DNA from: an uncultured Chloroflexia bacterium
GTDB taxonomy: Bacteria > Chloroflexota > Limnocylindria > Limnocylindrales > CSP1-4
Reading direction: 5' to 3'
Length of the DNA stretch: 64,000 nucleotides
NCBI GenBank assembly: GCA_963783055.1
Contig: CAWAMB010000004.1
Coordinates: 40,442-104,441, forward strand
Numbering within the stretch: position 1 is the first letter of the stretch; each line of letters begins with the position of its first letter. The notes beneath the pieces were generated by a model that was not told the origin of the DNA, made no database searches, and saw nothing but the letters and a program-made list of their open reading frames with translations. Positions 18,463 through 27,567 of the stretch are shown here, piece by piece. The position numbers were made by a program, and so were the translations under genes.

Positions 18463-21400
18463 TCAGTTGCCGCAGGGCGCGACGTTGCGCCAGTTGTCGA
18501 CGGTGTCGGACACGATCTGGGTGCCGGTCGCGCCGTAGGTCAGCGTGAGCTGGCGGTTCGCGATCTCACCGCAGGAGGCGTCCTTCTCGACGTAGTCCCA
18601 CGAACCGAGGGCGTACTTGTACTCGAGCTGGGTCGCCTCCTTGCCGGTGAACGTGATCGTCCAATGCGTCGCGTCGACCCGGGTCAGGCTCGACCCGCCC
18701 GGATCCCATTGCGGGTGGTTGCCGTCGAGGCGGTCGAGGAAGCCCGCGATGTTCACCGTCGCGGGCAGTCCCGTCCGTTCCCGCCGGGACCGTCACGGTT
18801 GACGACGAGCGTCACCGTTCGGAGCTCGGCCGTCGCGGACACCTCGAAGCTGAGCTCGCCGGAGCGGTTGAAGGACGTGTCGACCGAGCGAACGGCGTAC
18901 CAGTAGGTCGCGCCCTTCGTCGACCGCCGTGTCGGTGAAGCGCGGCCGATGCCGTCGACCCGATCAGCGTCGAACGGGCCGCCGGCCGAATCGCCGCGGA
19001 CGGACCTCGTAGCGCGAACAGGCTGGGATCGCCGGCGACGGCATCCCAGGCGAGCTCGATGCCGGCCGGTGAGGCACGTGACGGCGGTGCAGCCCGGTCG
19101 GGACGGCCGGCGCCGTGGTGTCGCTGCTCGGCGTCACGGTCAGGGCACCCGGCCTGGGCCGGGCGAGTAGCCGTTGCCGATCCCATCGAGGTCGGCATAG
19201 ATCCAGTCGCGACCGCTCGTGACCGAGTAGCGCTAGGCGTAGTCGAAGGTGCCGATCGTCTCCGGCTGCAGCGACGCGACGAACTCGTCGTTGTTGCCGG
19301 CATCGGTGTTGAACGCGCGCGTCGACCCACTGCCAGGCCGGCGTTGCGCGTCCGGGTCGCGAGCCGTCCGGCCCGAAGCCCGAGCTGGGCGATCAGGCTC
19401 GGGCGTCGGGCCGGGCTGGTTCGTCTCGCCGTCGATCCAGACCTGGCCGTAGATGTTCGTCGGTCCGGTCGGTCGGCGCTGATCGTGTGGGTGATCGTCG
19501 GCGGCCACTGGAGGTTCGCCCAGCCGATCATCGAGATGCGGCAGGCCGAGGGCCTCGTTCGACGGGCGCGCTCGCGGTTGCCGGCCGAATCGAGGGCCCG
19601 GACGACGAAGTAATACGTCCGGGCATTGTCGAGCCCGGTGATCGTGAACGTGGTGCTGGCGATCGGGCGTGGCGTTGGCCTTGACGTAGCCGCCACCGGT
19701 GAGCGGGCTGCGCGAACACGTCGATAGCCGGCCGCGCCGGCCGACGGCGTTCCAGGCGAGATCGCACAGCTGGTTGGCCGCCTCGGCGGTGACATGGAGG
19801 TTGGCCGGGGCCGGCCGGCCGGCGTCAGGTCGACGGTCGCCGCTCGACCAGGAGGAGGCCGGACATGGCCGGGCAAGCGTGACGCTGAGGTGCCGCCCGT
19901 CGACGCGTGACGGAGCCGCTCGCCGGCGACGCCGACGCCGAAGCGCCGGGCCAGGGACGTGCCGATCGGGAACGTAGCCGCCGACCGGGATCGATGAGCG
20001 TCGCTGGCGCCGGACGCGGTTGATGGCCACGAGGGCCGCCGCCTGGCTCGCGGTCTCCGAGGCCGTAGGCCACGGTCTCGGCCGAGTCGTCGGCAAGCAG
20101 CGACCCGGAAGTCGCCGCTGATCGAAGCGGCCGGATCGGCCCGTCGCGCAGGTCGGCGAGACCCGTGTAGTGGGTCGCGGAGCGCCGTGTCCGGCGAGCC
20201 GCCGAGATCGGCCCACGGATACGTCCGGCGGTCGTCCGGATCGTCGTCGCCGGTCACCCCGACCTCGTCGCCGTAGTAGACGGTCGGGGCGCCGGGCACG
20301 GTGAACTGGATCAGCGAGGCGAGGCGGAGCGCGGAGCTTGCCCTCCGCCACGTTGGCCGCGTTCGCTTCCTTGCGCCGCGGTCGTCTCGACGCCCGGCGT
20401 GAGCGTCCAGAGCAGCCGCTCCGTGTCGTGGCTGTCGAGCAGGTTCATCAGCCGAGTAGTAGGCCGCGTCGGCGTAGTCCTCGCGGATCGACTGCAAGCC
20501 GGTCGGCGAAGTCGCGACGGCTCGATCTGGTGGCCGCTGTCGGCGAAGCCCTTCGAGATCGAAGGCCTGCGGCGCGAGCAGGCCGAGGACCGCGTCGCGG
20601 AAGCCGGTAGTTCATCGTGCGTGTCGAGGCGGTCGCCGCGGACCATCCGGAGCAGCGTCGAGTCCTTCTGCCAGGTCTCGCTGATCGTGAGCGCCTGCGG
20701 GGTCGGTCGCCTTGACGACCGTCGCGGAACGACTCCCAGTAGCCGTCCGGGAAGGACGCGTCGCCCGAGACGTCCAGCCGCCAGCCGGAGGCGCCCGCGC
20801 CGCCAACCAGCGCTTGGCGATGCTGTCGGGCGTTCGTCAGGAAGTAGGCCTGGACGGCGGCCTGCGCCTTGCGGAGGACCGGGATCGAGTCGAAGCCGAA
20901 CCAGCCTTCGTAGGCGTCGCGTAGGGGCCGCGCGGGCCCGGCGCACGGCCCGTTCCGGCCAGGGCCGTGAAGCACGAACCACGCCCGATACGGCGACGTG
21001 ATCGACTCGCAGGCGCCGGCCGTCGGGTAGTGGTGATACCGATCGAAGAGCGGGCTGTCCGACGACATGTGGTTGAAGACGCCGTCGAGGATGACCCGGA
21101 TGCCGAGCTTCTCGGCGTGCTTGACGAGGTTCTCGAAGTCCTTCTCGGTGCCGAAGTACGGATCGATCTTCGTGTAGTCCTGGCGTGTCGTAGCGAGTGG
21201 TTCGACCCGGCGTCGAAGATCGGGTTGAAGTAGATCGCTGTTGACGCCGAGTCGCCTCGAGGTAGGCCAGCTGCTGGTCGACGCCCTTGAGGTCGCCGCC
21301 GAAGTAGTCGCGGCCGCGCGGCTTCTCCTTGGTCGGGCTGTCGGCCGGTGGCGTCGTGTCGAACCGCCACGGGCAGTTCGTCGCTCCGTCGGCGTAGTTC

Positions 21401-22797
21401 CGGCAGTAGCCCTCGGGCTTCCGCCCCACGGCAGCTTGATGACCGGGTCGTCGTAGCGGACCGTCGCCGGTCTGCGGGTCGTTGTTCGGCGCGCCGTTGC
21501 GGAAGCGGTCGGGGAAGATCTGATAGATGACGGCGTCGCTTCGCCCAGGCCGGCGACGTGAAGCCCGGGCTCGCTGGACGCATCAGGGCCCAGACTCTGA
21601 TCGAGCGGCATCGTCGGTCGCGGCGCCCGAGGCCGCCGTCGAGCGCGGCCGTGTCGTCGCCGTAGTAGTCGGTGTCGGCGCCGTCGCGTGACGACGAACC
21701 GATACCAGAGGTTGTCCGGCTGCGAGCGTCTCGGGCAGGGTCGTCTCCCAGAAGTCGCAACGCTCGGCGGCAAGGGCCGGCCTCGTAGCACGACACGCCG
21801 GCCGCGGCTCGGGCCATCGTCACGACCCGCTGGCCGCCGGCGTTCACGCAGTAGACGCGCAGGCCTGCACGCCCGTGACGTCGTCGTGGAAGGTCCGGAG
21901 GCGGAGCGTGACCGGCGTGCCGGCCGGCGACGGCGCCGCCGGGCGTCCGGTAGAGGTCGTCGCGCGAGTCGTGGCGGAGGCCGTCCCACTCGACGTTGCC
22001 GTCGTGGCCGTGGCCGGCCGCTGATCGTCAGGACGTGGCGTCGCGGCGACGTAGCGGAACACGACCTTGGCGCCCGTCGGCCGGGACGGTGAAGGCGATG
22101 TTGGCGCCGCCCGGGCACGCCGCCCTGGCCGTAGTTCTCGTCCCAGGCCTCGTTGATCGCGACCTTGCGCCTCGTACGCTGCCGGCAGGGATCGCGTGGT
22201 CGTCGAGGGTGTAGATGCCGTCGCCATCGGCGTCCTGGAGCCAGGAGCGGAGGCAGCCCGGCTGCCAGTCGCCGGGGCAGCCGAGCTCGCTCTGGAAGCT
22301 GCCGGGGGCGACCGCGATGACGCGAGCGCGACGTTGTCCGTGACCCAGTGCGTGTCGTGGTCGTAGTAGAACTTGACGGTCCGATCGGCGCCGAGGCTCA
22401 GCGGGATGTTGGCGCCACCGGCGACCGCATGGAGCGCCGTAGTTCTCGTCCCAGCGAGTCGTTGAGCGGCGGCCTTGTACTCGTACCCTCCGGCGGGCAG
22501 GGCGAAGGAGCCCTGCCAGACGCCGTCGCCGGGGTCGAGCGTCAGGCCGCTCGCGTCGCACGCCGGATTCCAGTCGCTCGCGCAGCCCATCTCGCTCTGG
22601 AGGCTGCCGGCGATCGTGACGCTCGTCGGGCCCGGTGTGTGGGACGCCACGGCTGGTCCCGCGCCCGCCGCCGGAAGGAGGCCGGCGAGCAGACCGGCGA
22701 TCCCGATGACGGTCGCCAGGCGGCGCCGTGGGGAGCGGACGCCGAGCCGCCGTCGTGGACCGCGAGGCGAATGGCTGGACAGGGCTGCGACGCGCAT
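18463..22797 (-). pseudogene. secreted GH13 alpha-glucan hydrolase (pullulanase/amylopullulanase-like) broken by dozens of single-base indels
   Basis: Recognisable fragments are spread over all three minus-strand frames.
- Signal peptide: MRVAALSS..RRRLATVIGIAGLLAGLL.
- Two N-terminal CBM-like modules: AGSLQSEMGCASDWNP, PGSFQSELGCPGDWQP, WDENYG twice.
- GH13 core: DYFGGDLKGV, IYFNPIFDAGSNH, YTKIDPYFGTEKDF..GIRVILDGVFNH, GWRLDV, ISETWQ, LLDSHDTER, YYGDEVG.
- FN3: YYFVVRALDSAGN.
- C-terminal CBM20-like module: 18463-18756. Confidence 0.85.
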
Positions 22798-23099
22798 CGA
22801 CCGGACCTCCGACGACCCTTGACCGTAGGCGGGTGGCAAGGCTGGAGCGGGTTGCGCGCGGTCGTCGCCGGCTTCGTGCGGGCGGGCAACCGCGCGAGTT
22901 CCGCCGGCCCGGTCGGCGCCGCTGGGTGCGCAACTAAACCGGTTAAGCAGGCGGTCCGGTCAGGATGCGACCGGGTCGCGCCGGTGTCAACGCCCGATGG
23001 CGGTTTAGTTCGCGTTTAGCACCGGATCCGGTCGCGAGAGTGTCGCCGGGCGGCGTCGGACCGAGCTCGCCGCCCGGTCGGGCCGCTGGCCGGAGGTCG

Positions 23100-23555
23100 T
23101 CAGCCGGTGGGACGCCACGAGGTATAGACCGGAGGCCAATCGTCGGCGGTCGCGCGCTCGCCGAAGACGGCGTGGTCGATCGAGAGCTCATACAGCGTGT
23201 AGCCGTCGTCGACCTCGAACGACCACTCCGCCGCCGCGGCCGCCCGGTCGTCCGGGTCGGTCACCGCCGTGGCCTGCCCGCGCACGAGGAACTCATGCGG
23301 CACGGCCGGATCCTGGTGGGCGTGGAGGGCATACCGCCCGTCGGCGGCCAGGTCGCCGGCCTTCGCCGAGCCGACGATCACGAACGTCAGCAGTCGGCCC
23401 GCCACGATCCGCACGTGGACCGGGTGGATCCGCGGCGGGCGGTCGCCGCGGACCGTCGCGAGCAGGCCCTCGCCGATCCCCGTTCGCTCGAGGAGGGTGC
23501 GGCCGCCCGCCGCAATCGTCGGGTTGCCGCCGGCCAGGTCGGCCCAGGTCGTCAT
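23100..23555 (-). CDS. pyridoxamine 5'-phosphate oxidase-family (split beta-barrel) protein
   Basis: ATG 23555. 151 aa: ..GLLATVRGDRPPRIHPVHVRIV..YALHAHQDP..EFLVRGQA. Confidence 0.65.
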   Translation of the reverse strand: MTTWADLAGGNPTIAAGGRTLLERTGIGEGLLATVRGDRPPRIHPVHVRIVAGRLLTFVIVGSAKAGDLAADGRYALHAHQDPAVPHEFLVRGQATAVTDPDDRAAAAAEWSFEVDDGYTLYELSIDHAVFGERATADDWPPVYTSWRPTG

Positions 23556-23712
23556 GCGCGCTCCTTTCCAGATCGGCGGCGCCGCGCCAGGACCGCGACC
23601 ACCCTTGGCGATCGATCGTCGGCGACCCCGGCGAGACTGTCCACACCGACGGTCGCCCGGCGGCGGGCGGGACGCCGGCTCCGACCACCATCTGACGTGC
23701 GAGACTGCCGCG

Positions 23713-24138
23713 GTGAATCCCGCGCTGCCGATCGATCTCGCCGTGTACGGCACGCTCCGCCGCGGCGAGCAGAACGCCTCCTTCCTCGCCGAGGCGACGT
23801 ACCTCGGGGTCGGCGTCGTTCTCGGTCGCCTCCATGAGATGCCGCGTTCGAGCCTGCGCGCCTACGCGTTTCCGGCGCTCGACCTGGACGGGGCCAGCCG
23901 GATCGTGGTCGAGCTCTACCGGCTGCGCGACGCCGCGGCGCTTCGGACGATCGACCAGCTCGAAGCCTACGACCCGCTGGACGAGGCGGCCTCGCAGTAC
24001 GTGCGCCGCTCCGTGGCGGTGGTCGATGGGCCGGTGGCGACGGCCTGGACGTACGTCTACAACGGGTCGTGGGACGACGTGGGCGCCGCGATCGGGAGCG
24101 GGGACTGGGTCGAGCACCGGGTGCGTTCGACGGGCTGA
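23713..24138 (+). CDS. gamma-glutamylcyclotransferase (AIG2-like) family protein
   Basis: GTG 23713. ..LAVYGTLRRGE..LGRLHEMP..YPALD..VELY..LDQLEAYDP..YVRR. Confidence 0.7.
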   Translation: MNPALPIDLAVYGTLRRGEQNASFLAEATYLGVGVVLGRLHEMPRSSLRAYAFPALDLDGASRIVVELYRLRDAAALRTIDQLEAYDPLDEAASQYVRRSVAVVDGPVATAWTYVYNGSWDDVGAAIGSGDWVEHRVRSTG

Positions 24139-24205
24139 GGGACGGGCGGGCGGGGCCGACGCTGGCGGCCCGTCCATTGCCCTTGCGGACAACATTTCCT
24201 GTCTT

Positions 24206-24221
24206 GACAACAGAAGTTGTC
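24206..24221. promoter_or_regulatory. palindromic operator overlapping a TTGACA -35-like box upstream of the ArsR gene
   Basis: GACAAC-AGAA-GTTGTC is a perfect 6-4-6 palindrome. TTGACA is at 24204-24209, an extra GGACAACA half-site is at 24188-24195, and the ATG lies only ~18 nt downstream. Confidence 0.5.
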
Positions 24222-24238
24222 GGTGACAGACTGGCGCC

Positions 24239-24864
24239 ATGCTTGACGTGACGGTCATCGAGAACGCGGCAGCGGCCGAGGCATCGCTCGACCCGGTCCG
24301 GTCGCGCCTCCTCGCCGAGCTCGCGATCCCGGGCTCGGCGACGACCCTTGCCGTGAAGGTCGGGCTGCCCCGGCAGCAGGTGAACTACCACCTCCGGACC
24401 CTCGAGCGCCACGGCCTCGTGGAGCTCGTCGAGGAGCGCCGTCGGGGCAACATGACCGAGCGGGTCATGCAGGCCACGGCCGCGTCCTACGTGATCTCGC
24501 CGACGGCTCTCGCGGCGGTCGAGCCGGATCCCGATCGGGCGCCCGACCGACTGTCGGCGTTCTGGATGCTGGCCCTCGCCGCTCGGCTGGTCCGTGACGT
24601 CGGCTCGCTCCTGATCGGGTCACGGCGGGCCGGCAAGCGGCTCGCGACCTTTGCCCTGGACGGCGAGGTCCGCTTCGCCTCCGCGGCGACCGCGCGGCGT
24701 TCGCCGAAGAGCTGTCGCACGCCGTCGCGGGCCTCGTCGCCAAGTACCACGACGACGCCGCCGCGGGCGGCCGGTCGCACCGGATCGTCGTCGCCATCCA
24801 CCCGAGCGTCCCCGCGGCCGTGATCGACGCCGCCGCGGTTCCCGAGATCGAGGAGGAATCCTGA
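24239..24864 (+). CDS. ArsR-family HTH transcriptional regulator, apparent 1-nt deletion near 24687
   Basis: N-terminal wHTH: ..RSRLLAELA..TTLAVKVGLPRQQVNYHLRTLERHGLVE. After ..RFASAA the plausible continuation (DRAAFAEELSHAVAGLVAKYHDD..IEEES-stop at 24862-24864) lies in the -1 frame. Confidence 0.8.
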
Positions 24865-24865
24865 C

Positions 24866-25604
24866 ATGGCCCATCCCTTCGAGGTCCGCGGCGAGCAGAT
24901 CGTCAACGCCACGCCCGAGCAGGTCTGGGAGGCGCTCGTCGACGGGCGCCCTTCTCGACGGCTGGTGGATGGGCGAGAACGAGGTCGAGCCGCGCCTCGG
25001 CGGCGCCTTCCGGACCCATCTGCCCGGCTTCACGATGGACTCGACGATCACGACGTGGGACCCGCCCCATCGCTTCGCGAACACGAGCCCGGAGGCCGAC
25101 GACGGCCGGCTGATGACCTTCGCGTTCGAGATCGAGGGCCGGGCCGGCGGGACGACGACCCTTCGATTCGTCCACAGCGGCTTCCTGCCGGGCGATGACT
25201 GGGAGCAGGAGTACGAGGCCCTGAAGATCGGCGACCCGGCGTACGTCGCCAAGCTCGCCGAGTACGTCGAGCACTTCTTCGGCCGGACCGCGGTGCCGAT
25301 CACGTTGTGGGGCCCGCAGGTCGGCGATGAGCGCGCCTGGGCCGGCTTCCGGGACGCGCTCGGTGTCGGCCCGGACGTGGCGGTCGGCGATCCGGCCCGC
25401 TTCCGCGCCGACGGCCTGCCTGAGCTCGAGGGCGAGATCGACTACCTGTCATCGCATTTCATCGGCCTCCGCACGGCCGACGGGATGTACCGCTTCATCC
25501 ACGGGATGGGGACGGTCGCCATCGGCCACCACCTGTACACGCCCGTCGATCGGGCGGCCACCGAGCGGGCCTGGCAGGCCTGGCTCGACCGCACCTTCGC
25601 CTGA
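24866..25604 (+). CDS. SRPBCC/AHSA1-family protein, apparent +1 insertion in the GGG run at 24944-24946
   Basis: MAHPFEVRGEQIVNATPEQVWEALVDG then shifts frame to ALLDGWWMGENEVEPRLGGAFRTHLPGF..ITTWDPPHRFA..LRFVHSGF. A GAGGAGGA RBS lies upstream. Confidence 0.8.
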
Positions 25605-25632
25605 TGCACCCGAGTTCGAAAGGAGCCCACCC

Positions 25633-26424
25633 ATGAGCGCTGACACCCTGCAGACCGTTGCCTCCGCTGACGGCACGGCGATCGTCGTCGAGGTCTCGGG
25701 CAGCGGCCCGGCCGTCGTCCTCGTCAGCGGTGGCTCGGTCGACCGCGGCGCGAACGCCGGTCTCGCGGCCGCCCTCGAGTCCGACTTCACGGTCTACAAC
25801 TACGACCGCCGCGGTCGGGGCGACAGCGGCGACACGCCGCCGTACGCGGTCCAGCGCGAGATCGAAGACATCGAGGCCGTGATCGGCCAGGCCGGTGGGA
25901 CGGCCCACCTCTACGGCTCGTCGTCGGGCGCCGGGCTGGCGCTCGAGGCCGCCGCTGCCGGTGCGCCGGTCGCCAAGCTCGTCCTCTGGGAGCCGCCCTA
26001 CAACCTCGATCCGACTGGTCGCCCGCCGGCCGACTCGGTCGAGCAGCTCGACCGGATGGTCGGCGACGGCCGACGCGGCGACGCGGCCGAGTTCTTCATG
26101 ACCCAGATGGTCCGGCTGCCGGCCGAGTTCGTGGCCTTCGCCCGGACGCAGCCGTGGTGGGCCGCCCAGGAGGCGATCGCCCACACCCTGGCCTACGACG
26201 CGCGAGTCATGGGCGACTACTCGGTGCCGACCGAGACCGCCGCCCGGGTGACGGTGCCGACGATCATCCTCACCGGCGGCGCGAGCTTCGCGCTCTTCCG
26301 GCCCACGGCGGAAGCCCTTGCCGCCGCGATGCCCGACGCCCGGACTCAGGTGCTCGAGGGCCAGGAGCACAACGTCGACCCGGCGGTACTCGGACCGGCG
26401 ATGAAGGCGTTCCTGACCACCTGA
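25633..26424 (+). CDS. alpha/beta hydrolase
   Basis: ATG 25633 with a GAAAGGAG RBS. ..VVLVSGG..NYDRRGRGDS..HLYGSSSGAGLALEAA.. contains the nucleophile elbow G-S-S-S-G. Confidence 0.85.
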   Translation: MSADTLQTVASADGTAIVVEVSGSGPAVVLVSGGSVDRGANAGLAAALESDFTVYNYDRRGRGDSGDTPPYAVQREIEDIEAVIGQAGGTAHLYGSSSGAGLALEAAAAGAPVAKLVLWEPPYNLDPTGRPPADSVEQLDRMVGDGRRGDAAEFFMTQMVRLPAEFVAFARTQPWWAAQEAIAHTLAYDARVMGDYSVPTETAARVTVPTIILTGGASFALFRPTAEALAAAMPDARTQVLEGQEHNVDPAVLGPAMKAFLTT

Positions 26425-26467
26425 TCGACCGTCGGCGGCGACCGCGCCGCCCGACCCCGACCTCATC

Positions 26468-26502
26468 GGCGCCCCCCGGCGAACCTTCGCCGGCGGGGCG
26501 CC
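26468..26502 (+). terminator. GC-rich hairpin downstream of the hydrolase gene
   Basis: GGCGCCCCCCGGCGAA..TTCGCCGGCGGGGCGCC is a near-perfect long inverted repeat. No U-tract. Confidence 0.4.
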
Positions 26503-26555
26503 TCCGCGTTCCGACGGCGGGCCCGTCCGGCGCAGTCGCGTCGCCCTCCGGTACC

Positions 26556-27197
26556 GTGGCGGCCGTGACGACGCCTCCGACTGCTCCGATCCGGACCGAC
26601 CGCCTCGACCTCGTCCCGCTTCGCGTCGCCGACGCCGCGGAGATGGTCCGGGTCCTGGCCGATCCGGACCTCTACACGTTCATCGGCGGCGCGCCACCGG
26701 CCCGGGCGGAGCTCGCCGATCGGTACCGCGCGCAGGTGGCCGGCCCGTCGGCCAACGCGCGGGAGGCGTGGCACAACTGGATCATCCGCGAGCGGCTGAC
26801 CGGCGCCGCGATCGGGTTCGTCCAGGCGACCATCGTCGACTCGGTCGTCACGGCCCCGGGGACCGGCCATGGCTCGGGCGCCGGCCATGGCTCGAGCGCG
26901 GGCACCGACCCGGCCCGCACCGGCGCGGACGCCGGTACCGACGCGGACGAACGATCGCCATCGGCCGAGATCGCATGGGTCATCGGCGCCGCCTGGCAGG
27001 GTCGCGGCTATGCGTCCGAGGCGGCGCGCGGGCTCGTGGGCTGGCTCGACGACGCCGGCGTCCGGTCGATCGTCGCCCACGTCCACCCGGACCACGAAGC
27101 TTCGGCGGCCGTTGCCAGGAACGCCGGGCTCGAGCCGACGGAGACCTGGGTCGAGGGCGAGCGCGCCTGGCGTCGGGTCAGCGCCGCTCCCGGCTGA
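26556..27197 (+). CDS. GNAT-family N-acetyltransferase (RimJ/RimL-like) with a low-complexity insertion
   Basis: ..TDRLDLVPLRVADAAEM..WIIRER..AIGFVQ..EIAWVIGAAWQGRGYASEAARGLVGWL. The GTG start (26556 or 26565) is uncertain. Confidence 0.75.
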   Translation: MAAVTTPPTAPIRTDRLDLVPLRVADAAEMVRVLADPDLYTFIGGAPPARAELADRYRAQVAGPSANAREAWHNWIIRERLTGAAIGFVQATIVDSVVTAPGTGHGSGAGHGSSAGTDPARTGADAGTDADERSPSAEIAWVIGAAWQGRGYASEAARGLVGWLDDAGVRSIVAHVHPDHEASAAVARNAGLEPTETWVEGERAWRRVSAAPG

Positions 27198-27540
27198 GTG
27201 CCTTCGGGGCATGACAGCGCCACGCCGCGGTGAGGACCTCGCGGAGCAGCTCGGCATCGATCGCCGGCAGCCGGACGAGGACCGCCGGGTAGCCGTCGTC
27301 GTGCGGCTCGGTGAAGAAGACGTCGCCGTCGACCGCCAGCAGGGCGTCCTTCTCGGTCTCGTTCGCAACTCGCACCGCGATGACGTCGGGGTTCGGCTGG
27401 CGTCTGGCCTTCGGCGCGCTGCGCTCCAGCCAGACCCACGCGAATCCCTTGCCGGCCACCCGGAAGTGGAAGCCGTCGGCGTCCTCGGTCGTCGCCGGCA
27501 GGCTCAGCGCGATCCGGCGGACGTCGTCCTGGCTGGCCAT
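27178..27540 (-). CDS. MmcQ/YjbR-family DNA-binding protein
   Basis: 120 aa: ..VRRIALSLPATTED..FRVAGKGFAW..IAVRV... Confidence 0.75.
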   Translation of the reverse strand: MASQDDVRRIALSLPATTEDADGFHFRVAGKGFAWVWLERSAPKARRQPNPDVIAVRVANETEKDALLAVDGDVFFTEPHDDGYPAVLVRLPAIDAELLREVLTAAWRCHAPKALSRERR

Positions 27541-27567
27541 CGCGCTCCGCGGCTCCGAGTGTCGCCG

